Below, in pieces: positions 1-10,866 of a stretch of 64,000 nt of DNA. Under the pieces are notes generated by a model. The model did no database searches. It was given only the letters and a program-made list of their open reading frames with translations, and had not been told where the DNA came from. The stretch's first letter is position 1, and each line of letters starts with the position of its first letter. This DNA is from an uncultured Thermoplasmata archaeon (lineage in GTDB: Archaea; Thermoplasmatota; Thermoplasmata; Lutacidiplasmatales; UBA184). The stretch is from NCBI GenBank assembly GCA_963715645.1, contig OY970259.1:71841-135840 (forward strand). Reading direction: 5' to 3'. The position numbers were made by a program, and so were the translations under genes.

Positions 1-87
1 CCTTCTGGAGCCATCCGCGGACCCGCACGCTCCGTCCCACCGCCTCGGGACGGAACACCCGGGCGACCGGCTCGAAGGCCGTCGAGC

Positions 88-399
88 TCACTGGTACTCC
101 CGCCACTTGTGCCCGCACTTCGTGCATTCGAAGATGCGGGTCTCCGGTTCGTCCGAGCCGCGGGTCTGACGCAGCACGTAGTAGGCGGTCCCGTTGTCGC
201 ATTTGGGGCAGACCTCGGCGGCCGTCGGGAGGGTCGCGACCCGCGCGCCCTCCACGACCGCGACCTCCCGTCCCTTCGGGGTCGAGCGGCCGACTTCCAC
301 GCCGCGACCGAGCGGGACGGTGGTTCCACACCCCTTGCATCGCCAGACCCCCATCGGGCGGTCCGGCTGCATGGAGCGCTTGCAAACAGGGCAGAACAT
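88..399 (-). CDS. tfs: Transcription factor S (TFS) / RpoM-type zinc-ribbon protein
   Basis: 103-aa ORF. N-terminal ribbon CPVC..CKGC and C-terminal TFIIS-type ribbon CPKC..CTKCGHKW, with acidic loop RGSDEPET, as in archaeal TFS. Confidence 0.85.
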   Translation of the reverse strand: MFCPVCKRSMQPDRPMGVWRCKGCGTTVPLGRGVEVGRSTPKGREVAVVEGARVATLPTAAEVCPKCDNGTAYYVLRQTRGSDEPETRIFECTKCGHKWREYQ

Positions 400-466
400 A
401 GAGGAGGCCCTCTAGCGGGCGGACGCTATTTTACCCTTGGCGGGCGCGCGGCCCCCTCGAGGCGTC

Positions 467-1880
467 CTACCCGATCATCTCTTCGGGCGACGCCGAGCTC
501 GACGGCGGAGCGTTGGGCGGTGCGACGCTCAAGGGAAGAGGGGAGGGTTTCGCGCCGGGGGCGAGGAGCTGGCGGATATGCTCCGTCCGCCGGGCAAGGT
601 CCTCCTTCGTGCCGATGTCGTGCCGGACGTAGTACTTCCCCTTCACGAACTTGAGCGCCGCCTCGACACGGGTCCCGGCCTCGTGGATGGCACTGGCCTC
701 CCCCGCGATCGCGATCCCCCGCGAGTTCGAGAGCCGCACCTGGCCGGGGCCTAGCTCCTCGACGCTCCCGAAGAAGACGTGGAGGCCGGCGGACTCGATC
801 GCCGATGCGTCGATTCTCGAGGGTGCCCCCCGCCTGCGGTCGGTCCCCGTACCCGGGGGGCACGAGATACTTGACGACCGTCGCCCGGAGGCGGAACCGG
901 ACCAGGTTCGGGTCGACGCGCCCGTGGGCGACCCCGAGGAGGAGCTCGGCGAAGTTTCCCTCCTCGTACAAGGTGAGCGCATTGATCCCTTCGGGGTCCC
1001 CGAACCGGGCGTTGTACTCGAGGAGGAGCGGCCCCCGGGCGGTCAGCATGAACCCGCCGTACAGGATCCCCCGGTACGAAAGTCCCTCCGACCGCAGGGC
1101 GGCCACCGTCCGCTCCATGACGGAGAGCGCCTCGTTCCGCGCCGAGGCCGAGAGGAACGGGAGCAGGTGGTCGCGCTGCGAGTACGAGCCCATGCCGCCG
1201 GTGTTGCCTCCGCGGTTCCCCTCCTGCGCCCGCTTGAAGTCCTGCACCGTGGGCATCGGGTAGATCCCCGAGTCGGTCACGAAGGACATCTGGCTGAACT
1301 CCTCGCCGTCGAGCTTCTCCTCGAGGAGCACCGAGCCCCCCTGGACGAGCAGCGACTTCGCGTACGTCGCCCCCTCCTTCGGCTCCACGAAGTCGGAGCC
1401 CTGCACCCACACCCCCTTACCGGCCGTGAGCCCGCTCGGTTTCACGACGAACGGCGCGCCCCCGAACTCCGCGACCGCCCGGTCGACGTCGTCCACGGAC
1501 GCAGGGATGACGAACTTTGGCTGGGCCGCGATGCCGTGGCGGGCGAGCAGCTCCCGGCAGTATCGTTTCGAGGACTCGATGCGAGCGGCCGTCTGGTTGG
1601 GACCCACGGTAGGGATGTTGGCCGCGCGCAACGCGTCGGCCACTCCCGCCGCGAGCGGAGCCTCGGGACCGATCACCGCCGCGTCGGGCCGGTGGGCGCG
1701 GGCGAACTCGACGATCCGGACCTTGTCGACCGGGTCGACCCGGGTCGACGCGGTGGCCAGGTGCTGGAGGCCCGGGTTCGCGTTCGAGCTCGCGACCAGG
1801 ATCTCCGCGTTCGCCTTCGCGAGAGCGGCCGCGATCGCGTGCTCGCGGGCCCCCCCTCCCACGACCAAGAACCGCATCAT
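467..1880 (-). CDS. purD: Phosphoribosylamine--glycine ligase (PurD), frame broken once in this assembly
   Basis: MMRFLVVGGGAREHA.., GNTGGMGSY, EYNARFGDPE in ORF 426..1952. The C-terminus (..RLSNSRGIAIAGEASAIHEAG..KGKYYVRHDIG) continues in ORF 467..982. The switch maps to a C6 run at 826-831; five C would restore the frame. Start taken at MMRF. Confidence 0.85.
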
Positions 1881-1900
1881 CGGCCCGGGAGGCAGGGCGG

Positions 1901-1908
1901 GATATATC
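1901..1908 (-). promoter_or_regulatory. TATA-like element (GATATATC) about 25 nt upstream of the purD ATG
   Basis: Only AT-rich octamer in the GC-rich purD/rpoL divergent spacer. Its distance to the start codon fits an archaeal leaderless or short-leader promoter. Confidence 0.3.
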
Positions 1909-2065
1909 GGGTTCGCGCGACCGCGGCTCGGGGTCCCGGGCCGAGGCGCCACCGGGCGTTCGACGCGGGCTGGGAGCGAGCCGCCGACCGGCTCGCCTCC
2001 TCGATGGGCTTCGCTCCGCCACCCTTAAGAACCGAGCTCAGGTGGGCCGTCTCCCGAGGCCCGAG

Positions 2066-2353
2066 ATGGAGATTCGCGTCGTGGAGAAGGAGCACGACCT
2101 GCTCCGCGTGGAGTTCCCGAGGGGGGAGGAGACACTCCTGATCCCCCTGGTGGAATCTCTGCAAAAGGAAGAGAAGGTCGTGGAGGCCCGCTACTACCTG
2201 GGCCACCCGTACCTGGACCGCCCCACCCTCCTCCTCCGGACGAAGGGCGAGAAGCCTCAGCAGGTCCTCAAGCGGGTCCTGAAGGACCTCGCCGACCTGT
2301 ACGGCGACCTCCTCACCGATTTCGAGAAGAAAGCCGACAAGGTGAAGGCGTAG
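2066..2353 (+). CDS. rpoL: DNA-directed RNA polymerase subunit L (Rpo11)
   Basis: MEIRVVEKEHDLLRVEFPRGEETLLIPLVESL..ARYYLGHPYLDRPTLLLRTKG matches the archaeal Rpo11/RpoL pattern. ATG at 2066 lies inside listed ORF 2042..2353. Confidence 0.8.
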   Translation: MEIRVVEKEHDLLRVEFPRGEETLLIPLVESLQKEEKVVEARYYLGHPYLDRPTLLLRTKGEKPQQVLKRVLKDLADLYGDLLTDFEKKADKVKA

Positions 2354-2366
2354 GGACCGCGAGCCC

Positions 2367-3032
2367 ATGTTGAAGGAGTGCGCCCAGCACGGCTTTTTCC
2401 GGGCGGAGGTGTGCCCGGTCTGCGGGCAGGCCGGCCGTTTCCTGATGAACGACCGGGAGCTCGACCACCTCGGTCGGGTACTCACCGGCATCCTGCGTCA
2501 CTTCCCCGACCGCTACGGACTCGAGATGGAATCCCATGGATGGGTCTCCTTGCCGGCGATCGTGCGGGCGGTCTCCCAGAAGCACCCGGCCTACCACTGG
2601 CTGCGCGTGATGCACCTGGTCGCGATCGCGGAGACGGACGCCAAGGGTCGCTACGAGGTCCGCGACGAGCGGATCCGGGCGACGTACGGACACACCGTCG
2701 ACGTGGAGCTCGACCTCCCGACCGAGAACATCCCCGACCGCCTCTTCTTCCCCGTCACCCCGGACGAGGCCGCGATCGTCCTCGAGGTCGGCCTGAAACC
2801 GTCGGACCGGAAGAGGGTCCACCTCTCGAAGACCGCGGAGGACGCCCGCGCGGCGGGCAGCGTGCGGACCCCCGACCCCGTGATCCTGACGGTCGACACC
2901 CAGAAGGCCCGCAGCGGAGGGCTGGTCATCATGCGAGCCGGGAAGACCGTCTACCTCGTGGACCAGGTTCCCGCCGAGTATCTCTCGCGCCACGATGCGG
3001 GTCCGACCGCCTCGAGCGACGGGGCGCCGTAG
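2367..3032 (+). CDS. kptA: RNA 2'-phosphotransferase (Tpt1/KptA family) with N-terminal zinc ribbon
   Basis: 221-aa ORF. LGRVLTGILRHFPDRYGLEMESHGWV.., RYEV..RIRATYGHT, VHLS motifs typical of Tpt1/KptA. N-terminal C..H..CPVC. Confidence 0.75.
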   Translation: MLKECAQHGFFRAEVCPVCGQAGRFLMNDRELDHLGRVLTGILRHFPDRYGLEMESHGWVSLPAIVRAVSQKHPAYHWLRVMHLVAIAETDAKGRYEVRDERIRATYGHTVDVELDLPTENIPDRLFFPVTPDEAAIVLEVGLKPSDRKRVHLSKTAEDARAAGSVRTPDPVILTVDTQKARSGGLVIMRAGKTVYLVDQVPAEYLSRHDAGPTASSDGAP

Positions 3033-3061
3033 CGGCGCTCCCGGACGGGCCAGGTCGGGGC

Positions 3062-3685
3062 TCAGCCGAACCCGTCGTCCCCGACGTTGGACTCGTAGAC
3101 CGTGGTGATGTAGGCCTCTACCGAGAGGTGCGTCGACGGGGGGTACGGGTTCGTGAAGACGAAGGTGAACGTATCCGTGTACGGAGCGGAGAAGACGATC
3201 AGGCCCGAGGCCGCCGGCCCGGCCGACCACTGCGGCGCGGGGTCCTGGCCGGTCAGGAACTGGACCCATTGGGTCGAGTTGTAGACCGCGACCCCCAGGT
3301 TCGTGCCTGCGGGGTCGGTCGTCGTGAAGTTCCCCTGCACGTAGTCTCCGCCCGTGATCTCGCCCGAGATGACGGTGAAGTTCCCCGCTCCGATCGTGTA
3401 GCTTCCCGAGGTCGTGAGCGGGTCCGGGACGTTCGGCGGGCCTGTGAGCACCAGGGAGAGCATCGTGTAGGCGAGTCCGACGGCCACCGCCACCACGATC
3501 AGGGTCCGCAGGAGGTTCAGGGTCTGGAGCCGCCGCCGCACGCGTCCGCGAACCTTGGGGAGCTCGACGGAGGCGATCGGCTCCGGCGCCCCGCACTCGG
3601 GACACATCGCGGCGCCGGGAGGCACGGCCACCGCGCAGAATCGGCAGGCACCCCAGGTGCGGTCGGGGACCGGAGATCCGGGCAC
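3062..3685 (-). CDS. Hypothetical membrane-anchored protein with N-terminal zinc ribbon and Thr/Asn-rich ectodomain
   Basis: CRFC..CPEC ribbon, one hydrophobic helix (LLRTLIVVAVAVGLAYTMLSLVL), then a beta-rich domain with N-x-S/T sequons (NFT, NFT, NST). No family recognised. Confidence 0.55.
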   Translation of the reverse strand: MPGSPVPDRTWGACRFCAVAVPPGAAMCPECGAPEPIASVELPKVRGRVRRRLQTLNLLRTLIVVAVAVGLAYTMLSLVLTGPPNVPDPLTTSGSYTIGAGNFTVISGEITGGDYVQGNFTTTDPAGTNLGVAVYNSTQWVQFLTGQDPAPQWSAGPAASGLIVFSAPYTDTFTFVFTNPYPPSTHLSVEAYITTVYESNVGDDGFG

Positions 3686-3751
3686 GGTGCGGGGTAAGCC
3701 CGGCCGACGCCTTTTGGGGTTTCGTACGAACCCGCCGGGGGGTTCGGGGAC

Positions 3752-5222
3752 CTACCGCCGTCCGCCGCCCAGTTGCACGAGGACGTTCTTGCGGCGGGTG
3801 TACGCCTCACGGCCCGGGAACTCTGCTCGAACCCGAGGCCGCTCCCCTTGACGCCCCCGAACGGGGTCTGCGGGTAGGTGGTCGGGGATTCGTTGACCAC
3901 GACCATCCCCGACTGGAGACGACGCGCGACCGTGTGGGCGGTCCCGAGGTCGCGGGTCCAGACGGCGGCCAGGAGCCCGTAGGGCGAATCGTTCGCCATC
4001 CGGAGCCCCTCTTCGAGGTCCGAGAAGGAGTGGATGACCAGGACCGGGCCGAGATCTCCTCCTTCACCGCCCGCGACTCGGGCGGGACGTCGGCGAGGAG
4101 CGTGGGACGGACGAAGTTGCCGGCCCGGAGCGGTTCCTCCGTGGCCCGGGCGCCGCCGGCGACCACGGAGCCCCCGTCGGACTTGGCCGCGTCGATGTAC
4201 CCGAGGACCGTCTCGACCTGGGCGGCAGAGACGAGCGGCCCCATCTCGACGCCGTCGGCGACCCCCGGGCCGAGCTTGAGGCGCTCGGCGATCGTGCGGA
4301 CCTTCTCGACGAGGGGAGCGCGGACGCTCTCCTGGACCAGGAGGCGCGAGGCGGCCCAGCACATCTGGCCCGCGTTGCCGAAGATCCCGTAGCCGATCGC
4401 CTTCGCGGCCCGGTCGAGATCCGCATCCGCCAGGACGAGGACCGGCCCCTTTCCTCCGAGCTCCAGGGTCGTCGGGAGCAGGCGACGGGCGGCCAGCACC
4501 GCCAGTCGCTGACCGACTTCGCCACTTCCCGTGAAGGTCACCGACCCACATCGAGGGTCCTCGATGAGGGCCTCGCCTACCTCCGACCCGTTGCCGAGCA
4601 CGACGTTGAGGATCCCGTCGGGAATCCCCGCCTCTTTGGCGAGGCGGGCGAAGGAGACGGCAGTGAGCGGCGTGAGACTCGCCGGCTTCAGCACGACCGC
4701 ATTCCCGGCGGCCAGGGCCGGGGCGACCGAGCGCACGGCGAGCAGCAACGGATAGTTCCAGGGCGCGATGTGCACCGTCACGCCGTACGGCTCGCGCAGC
4801 GTGTAGTCGAACCGGCTCCCCGGCACAGGGACCGTCTCGCCCTCGACCTTGTCCGCGAGCCCGGCGAAGTACTCGAGGCTCCGGACGACGAACGCCATGT
4901 CGCCCCGCGACTCGCGGAGAGGCTTGCCCATGTTGAGGGTCTCCAGGCGGGCGAAGCGCTCCGCGTCCGCTTCGAGGAGTCCGGCGAGCTTCCAGAGGGC
5001 CTTGGCCCGGCGGGCGCCGTCATCCTGCGCCCACGGGGACTCCCGAAACGCCTTCTCGGCGGTCTCCATCGCCGCCCGCGCGTCCTCGCGCGTGCCGATG
5101 GCCACGTCGGCGAGGGGGCTGTTCGACGCCGGGTCGAGGAGCGTGCGGCGCTCTCCCGTCGCGCCCGGGACATCCTTGCCACCGATGAAGAGGTCGAATG
5201 CGCGCTCGACGGTCGCCGCCAT
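3752..5222 (-). CDS. NAD(P)-dependent aldehyde dehydrogenase, two frame breaks in this assembly
   Basis: ALDH motifs (VHIAPWNYPLL, VVLKPASLTP, TLELGGKGP) in ORF 3807..5222. EEIFGPVLVIHSF..PFGGVKGSGLG continues in ORF 3517..4551 after a break near 4050 (atc-tc-ggc where atc-ttc-ggc is expected). The tail EFPGREAYTRRKNVLVQLGGGRR* is in a third frame after a break near 3820. Confidence 0.8.
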
Positions 5223-5250
5223 GGTACGCCGTTCGAGCGCGACCGAGGAC

Positions 5251-6474
5251 TTAGCGATTCGCGTGACCCGGCTCGAGGATATCGTAGGTTCTCCCCTTCC
5301 AGGCGATCGGCTGCCTTCGGGCCCCGCGGACCAGGGAGGTCGCGACGAGCACCAGGTAGTAGCCGACGGCGACCGGATAGAGGAGGCCGTAGACGGCCGG
5401 GGCGCCGACCCCGTGGGCGAAACCGACGTGCTTGCCGAAGAGCGCGACCCAGAGGAACGCGCCGATTCCGGTGAGGAGGAGCGAGCCGGTCAGAATCCCC
5501 ACCGGCAGGACCAGGAGCGGCAGGAGGAACAGACCGACCAGCCCCGCGAGGAAGCCGACCATCCGAGGTGCGGAGAACTCGGACCCGTGGACGTTCTTGA
5601 GCAACCCTTCGAACATCTCGGAAGGGGTGCGGTACATGCGGGTGGTCGCGAGCTCCGGAGCGTGGGCGATCCGCAGCCGCGCGCCGGCCGTCCGGAGGCG
5701 CCGGGCCAGCACGACGTCCTCGAGGACGTAGGAACGGATGGCCGAGTGGCCGCCCACGCGTTGGTAGGCCTCCCGTCGAACCAGCAGGAATTGCCCGTTG
5801 GCGATCGCCGATCTCGAGGTATCGCGATTGGTCCGAGGCGCTCGGAAGTAGGTGAGGACCATCTGGGTGAAGAACGGCATCACGAGGCGCTCCCAGAATC
5901 CGACCATCTCCACCTTCGGGGAGATCGAGGCGAGGTCGACGTGCTCCGATTCGGCCCATGTCACGACGGTCCGGACCGCTGCGGGGTGGGTCCGGACGTC
6001 GGCGTCGAGGAAGAGCAACCACTCCCCTCCGGTCGACCGCGCCCCCGTCCAACACGCCCAGTTCTTGCCCACCCACCCCCGGGGCAGAGGATCCTCATCG
6101 ATCCGACGCACCCGCGGGCTCCGGGCATCCGCGACCGCCCGGCTTCCGTCCGTCGAGCCGCCGTCGACCACGACGATCTCCAGGTTCGGGTAGTCCTGGG
6201 CGAGGAGCGCGTCGAGGGTCGCGGGCAGGTCGGCCTCTTCGTTCCGTGTCGGGATCACGATGCTGACCCGGACCCCCGAGACGGGTCCGGGCGGTGCGGG
6301 GCGGAGCTCGGGCATCGCGTAGGCCAGCACGATCGCCGCGCCCTGATAGAGGAGGACCACCACCGAAGCGAGGAGGAGGGCGACGACCGCCCAGAGGGGG
6401 AGCATCCCCCCTCGTAGCCACCCTTTGATAAAGCCGTGGCCGCTCGGCGCTCTGGAGCCGTCCGCCGATGCCAA
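5251..6474 (-). CDS. Family-2 glycosyltransferase with C-terminal membrane domain
   Basis: VSIVIPTRNEE..LEIVVVDGGSTDGS..LFLDADV (GT2 DxD core), followed by several hydrophobic helices. Confidence 0.75.
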   Translation of the reverse strand: MASADGSRAPSGHGFIKGWLRGGMLPLWAVVALLLASVVVLLYQGAAIVLAYAMPELRPAPPGPVSGVRVSIVIPTRNEEADLPATLDALLAQDYPNLEIVVVDGGSTDGSRAVADARSPRVRRIDEDPLPRGWVGKNWACWTGARSTGGEWLLFLDADVRTHPAAVRTVVTWAESEHVDLASISPKVEMVGFWERLVMPFFTQMVLTYFRAPRTNRDTSRSAIANGQFLLVRREAYQRVGGHSAIRSYVLEDVVLARRLRTAGARLRIAHAPELATTRMYRTPSEMFEGLLKNVHGSEFSAPRMVGFLAGLVGLFLLPLLVLPVGILTGSLLLTGIGAFLWVALFGKHVGFAHGVGAPAVYGLLYPVAVGYYLVLVATSLVRGARRQPIAWKGRTYDILEPGHANR

Positions 6475-8076
6475 CCGTCGAGCACCCGCGGAATCCGGCC
6501 CGGAGTCCTCGAGGAGCGCGAGTACCAGGCCGCCGTCGCGGCGACGGCGGTCGACGCGAACACCTTGGTCGTCCTGCCGACCGGGCTCGGCAAGACGGCG
6601 ATCGCTCTGCGGGTGGTCGCCGAGTACCTACGACGAGCCCCGACCCAGTCGGTCCTCTTCCTTGCACCGACCCGGCCGCTGGTCGTCCAGCACGCGACGA
6701 GCGTGGCCCGGTCGGTCTTCTCGCCGGAGCCGATCACGCTCACCGGAGCCATTCCTCCGGAGCGGCGGACCGACCTCCTGCATCCGCCCCAGGTCATCGT
6801 GGCGACCCCGCAGGTGGTGGCGAACGACCTCCGGGACGGGGCCTTCCCACTCACTACCTTCTCGCTGATCGTCTTCGACGAGGCCCACCGAGCCGTGGGG
6901 GACTATCCGTACGTGGCCATCGGACGCGCGAACCAGGCGGGGCCGCGCGCCCGCGTGCTGGCGATGACCGCCTCGCCGGGGGGCCGGGAGGCGCGGATCC
7001 GGGAGGTCTGGACCAACCTCGGGATCGAGCGGTTCGAATACCGAACGGAGCGCTCCCCCGACGTGAGCCCCTACCTGCATGGGATCGGCGTCGAGACGGT
7101 CACGGTCCCGCTTCCCCCCGAGCTCGAGGAGATCCGCATCCTCCTCCGCACCGTTGTCCAGCGGCAGCTCGACGCCCTACGGAAGCTCGACCTCCTCCCC
7201 GCGGGGGTCGAGGCCGGCCGGCGCGCGCTCCTCGAGCTGGGAAGCCGGCTCCATCGACAGATCGAGGTCGACCGACGGCAGGGGTCGACCGGCGGCGCCC
7301 GCCTGTGGGCGGCGGTGACGGCCCAGGCGGCCGCGATGAAGGCGATGCACGCCCTGGAGCTCGGCGAGAGCCAGGGAGTTGAGGCGTTGCGGGAATACCT
7401 CCTTCGCCAAGCCCCGCCGGACGGACGCCGGGTCTCCCCGGCGACCCGGGCCTTCCTCACCGACCCGGACCTGGTCGAAGTGCGTCGCCGGCTCGTCGCG
7501 AATCCGCTCGAGCACCCGAAGATCGCGCGGGCGGTCGGCATCGTCGTCGAGGAGCTGCGCGCGAACTCGGGCGCACGGGTGATCGTGTTCTCGCAGTACC
7601 GCGACACCGTCGACCGGCTGGTCGAAGAGCTCGACCGGCTCGGCGACCCGGCGGTTCGTCCCGCCCGGTTCGTGGGGCAAGCCTCCCACGGGAGCGACCC
7701 CGGGCTCTCCCAGAAGGAGCAGGTCGGCCTGCTTGACCGGTTCCGCACCGGAGCAATCAACTGCCTCGTGGCGACCTCCGTGGCCGAGGAAGGACTCGAC
7801 ATCCCCGCGACGGACCTCGTCGTCTTTTACGAACCGATACCGGACGTGATCCGGACGATCCAGCGGCGGGGCCGCACCGGCCGGGCGAGGACCGGCCGCG
7901 CCGTCGTCCTCGTCGCCGAAGGGACCCGCGACGTCGGTCTGAATCGCGGGGCCCTCGGGCGGGAGCGGAGGATGCACGAGATGCTCGAGCGGGTCCAGGC
8001 GACCCTCTCCCAGGGAGAGTCGCTCAAGCCGCCGGAGCGAGCGCGGGTCCAGCGGATCCTCACGGAGTTCGACTGA
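6468..8076 (+). CDS. hef: Hef/FANCM-type superfamily-2 helicase, helicase domains only, one frame break near the start
   Basis: VLPTGLGKT, VFDEAHRAVG, SVAEEGLDIP, QRRGRTGR. The probable ATG at 6468 (MPTVEHPR) is one frame off the main ORF 6436..8076. The break maps to aa at 6492-6493 (cgg-a-atc-cgg). No ERCC4/XPF nuclease domain follows. Confidence 0.7.
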
Positions 8077-8098
8077 AGGATTCGACGAGGGGGGAAGG

Positions 8099-8500
8099 TT
8101 ACCGACCGGTGCTCCCGAAACCGCCCGACCTCGACGCCTGGGGAGCGACCGTTCCTTCTTCGAACCGGAGCGGCAGGTCCTCGACCAGGCGGAGCTGGGC
8201 GATCCGGTCCCCGGCCTCGATCCGGTAGCTTCCCGGGAAGAGGTACGTGAGCGGTACCTTGACCTCTCCCGAATAGTCGTGGTCGATTGTACCGGGAGCG
8301 TTGACCATCAGGACGCCCTTCGTGCTGAGACCGCTCCGGGGCCGTACCTCGAGAAACGTGCCCGCCGGGCATCGGACCTTCAGCCCGGTCCGGACGAGGC
8401 TGACCTGGCCGGCGACGAGCACCACCTCCTCGGCGGCGCAGAGGTCGAGGCACGCCGAACCGTGGGTCGCTCGGTACGGGAATCCGGGCGCTCGGGGCAT
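8099..8500 (-). CDS. dut: dUTP diphosphatase (dUTPase)
   Basis: 133-aa ORF with SACLDL, RPRSGL, GTIDHDYSGEV and C-terminal SRSGGFGSTG motifs of trimeric dUTPases. Confidence 0.85.
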   Translation of the reverse strand: MPRAPGFPYRATHGSACLDLCAAEEVVLVAGQVSLVRTGLKVRCPAGTFLEVRPRSGLSTKGVLMVNAPGTIDHDYSGEVKVPLTYLFPGSYRIEAGDRIAQLRLVEDLPLRFEEGTVAPQASRSGGFGSTGR

Positions 8501-8567
8501 CCCCCAGCCGTTCGACCACGACGGTCCGATCCGGGGGGGCCACCCGGAGGGGAGTGCCTCGGCGTCT

Positions 8568-9299
8568 TTACGGTTCTCGTCGCGTCGGGGGGGGCGGGGC
8601 CCCTGCCTCCGCGACCGTGCCCTCCGCGGAGAGCCAGCGGACGACCAGCCGTCCCTCGGCCCGTCGGAGGATCTTTCCGAGGGCGGGAGGACTGCGGCCG
8701 CTCTGGCGGGCCATCCGGGTGAGGGTGACGCGACGCGGGACGGCGTAGTAGCCGAGCACCCAGGCGCGGGCGAGCAGCTCGGCCTGAAGGGGAGTGAGCA
8801 ACGGGACTCCTTCGGCGAGGTAGGGCCGGCCGGAGGTACGGATCACCCGGTAGGGGAACTCCTCCCGGTCGAGGCGCCGGAGCACCCGGCGGATGGCCCG
8901 TTCGTCCCCGCGGAACGAGGCGATCACCTTGTCCGGAGTAAGGCGGAAAGGAGCGGTCGGCGAGATCTCCCCACCGGCGAGCGAGAGAAGACGGCGGAGC
9001 CGCTCGGGGTTTCGCTGCCGGACGAGCACGACGTAGTCCCGGGTCCGGGGCCGTCGCTCGACGAGTTCGAAGCTCTCGAGGCCGTAGAGCGCTCGGATGC
9101 GGCGCGATTCCCGTTCGAGTTCGAGAGCGGTCCGCAGCGGCCCCTTCCGACGCACCCGGAGCAGCTGCAGCCGCCACCCCTGCTCGAGCCGAAGCGTCTC
9201 GAGCAGCTCGACCTCCTCGTACTTGACGAAGAGGCCCGGGGGGATCACGCCGAGGAGGGCGAGGTCCTGGGTCCGGAATTCGAGCGTGATCGACTGCAT
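8568..9299 (-). CDS. HTH_10 (Bat/DmsR-type) transcriptional regulator
   Basis: C-terminal LTPLQAELLARAWVLGYYAVPRRVTLTRMARQSGRSPPALGKILRRAEGRLV matches the archaeal HTH_10 domain. Start taken at MQSITLE (ATG 9299) inside listed ORF 8568..10238. Confidence 0.65.
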   Translation of the reverse strand: MQSITLEFRTQDLALLGVIPPGLFVKYEEVELLETLRLEQGWRLQLLRVRRKGPLRTALELERESRRIRALYGLESFELVERRPRTRDYVVLVRQRNPERLRRLLSLAGGEISPTAPFRLTPDKVIASFRGDERAIRRVLRRLDREEFPYRVIRTSGRPYLAEGVPLLTPLQAELLARAWVLGYYAVPRRVTLTRMARQSGRSPPALGKILRRAEGRLVVRWLSAEGTVAEAGAPPPPTRREP

Positions 9300-9368
9300 G
9301 CGGACCGTGCGCTCCAGGTTCCCTGCTGAACCAGGGTCCCCCCCGGTCCGGGGTTTAATAAGCGCGCG

Positions 9369-10866
9369 GTGTCGGAGTCGGCCGTGACGTTCCGCTCGCT
9401 CGGGGAGTTCCTGACCGCCCTCGAAGGTCGGGGGGACCTGGTCCGGATCCGGACGCCGGTCTCGCGGGACCTCGAGATCGCCGAGGTCACGCAGCGGACC
9501 TTGCGGGCCGACGGCCCCGCCCTCCTCTTCGAGAACGTGCCCGGTGCAACGATGCCGGTCGTCACCAACCTGTTGGGCTCGGCTCGGCGGATCGCCCTGG
9601 CCCTGGACGCGACCGACGTGGACCAGGTCGCACGGCGGGTCGAGAAGCTCGTCCGACTCCGCCCCCCCGCGGGGATGGTCGGGGCGATCCGGGACCTCGG
9701 CGGGACAATCGACATGCTCCAGACCCTTCGTTCCCTCGCCCCCAAGCGGGTCCGCTCGGGACCGTGCCAGGAGGTCGAGGAGACCTCCGTGAACCTCGAC
9801 CGGCTCCCGATCCTGAAGTGCTGGCCGAAGGACGGAGGCCGGACGGTCACCTTCCCGGTGGTGATCACCAAGGACCCGGAGACCGGAGAGCAGCACACCG
9901 GGATCTACCGGCTCCAGCAGTACGGACCCGACACGCTGGGGATGCACTTCCAGGTCCACCGGGTCGGTGCGAACAACTATCGCAAATGGTCTGCCCGAGG
10001 GGAGAGGATGCCCGTGGCCGCCGTGATCGGCATCGACCCGGCGACGGTGTTCAGCGGCCTCGCCCCGGTCCCCGAGGGGATCTCGAACTTCGTCTTTGCC
10101 GGCTTCCTGCGCTCGGAGCCGGTCGAGCTGGTCCCGGCGCGTTCGGTCGACCTCGAGGTGCCCGCCCAGGCGGAGCTCGTGCTCGAGGGGTACGTCGACC
10201 CCGCCGAGCGAAAGGTGGAGGGCCCGTTCGGGGACCACACCGGCTGACTACTCGGCCCCCGAGCCCTTCCCGGTCCTCCACGTCACCCGGATCACGCGTC
10301 GGGAGCGACCCGTCTACCTCGGTACGGTGACCGGAAAGCCGCCGACCGAGGACTCGGTGCTCGGGAAGGCGGTCGAGCGGATCTTCCTCCCCGTGATCCG
10401 GCTCGTCCTGCCGGAGATCGTCGACATGAACCTCCCCCAGGAAGGGCTGTTCATCAACGTCGGGATCTTCTCGGTCCGCAAGCAGTATCCGGACCATCCC
10501 CGCAAGGTCATGCACGCCCTCTGGGGCCTCGGCCAGATCATGTTCATTCGGTACCTCATCGTCGTCGACGACGACGTCGATGTCCACGACCTGTCGGAGG
10601 TCCTCTACCGGGTCGGGCTCCAGGCTGACCCCGAGCGCGACCTCGAGTTCGCCCGTGGGCCGGTCGACCAGCTCTCGATCTCGAACGCCGTTCCGAACCT
10701 CGGCGGGAAGGTCGGGATCGACGCCACACGCAAGCGACCCGAGGACGGGTTCCCCCGCCCGTGGCCCGAGGAGATGGTCTCCGACCCGGGAGCCGCCGAG
10801 GCCGCGGCGCGGACGATGCGAGCGGACCCGGTGCTTGCGGCTCTCCTCCCCCGTCCCAAGCCGTGA
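9369..10866 (+). CDS. ubiD: UbiD-family (prenyl-FMN dependent) decarboxylase, one frame break
   Basis: N-terminal half ends ..EGPFGDHTG*. The C-terminal half (YSAPEPFPVLHVTRITRRERPVY..GKPPTED..) is in ORF 10096..10866. Removing g at 10246 restores the family motif GDHTGYY. Confidence 0.85.

Noticed and set aside
651-2141. 496-aa plus-strand ORF covering the purD locus
   Set aside because: It is antisense to a gene with unmistakable PurD motifs. Its translation is Arg/Pro/Gly/Asp-rich low-information sequence, typical of shadow ORFs in high-GC DNA.
10244-10246. In-frame TGA inside the UbiD GDHTG-YY motif as possible programmed +1 frameshift or selenocysteine site
   Set aside because: Deleting a single g restores the invariant family motif. 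Some 30 comparable breaks are scattered over unrelated genes with no shared slippery or stimulatory sequence. No SECIS-like element is evident.
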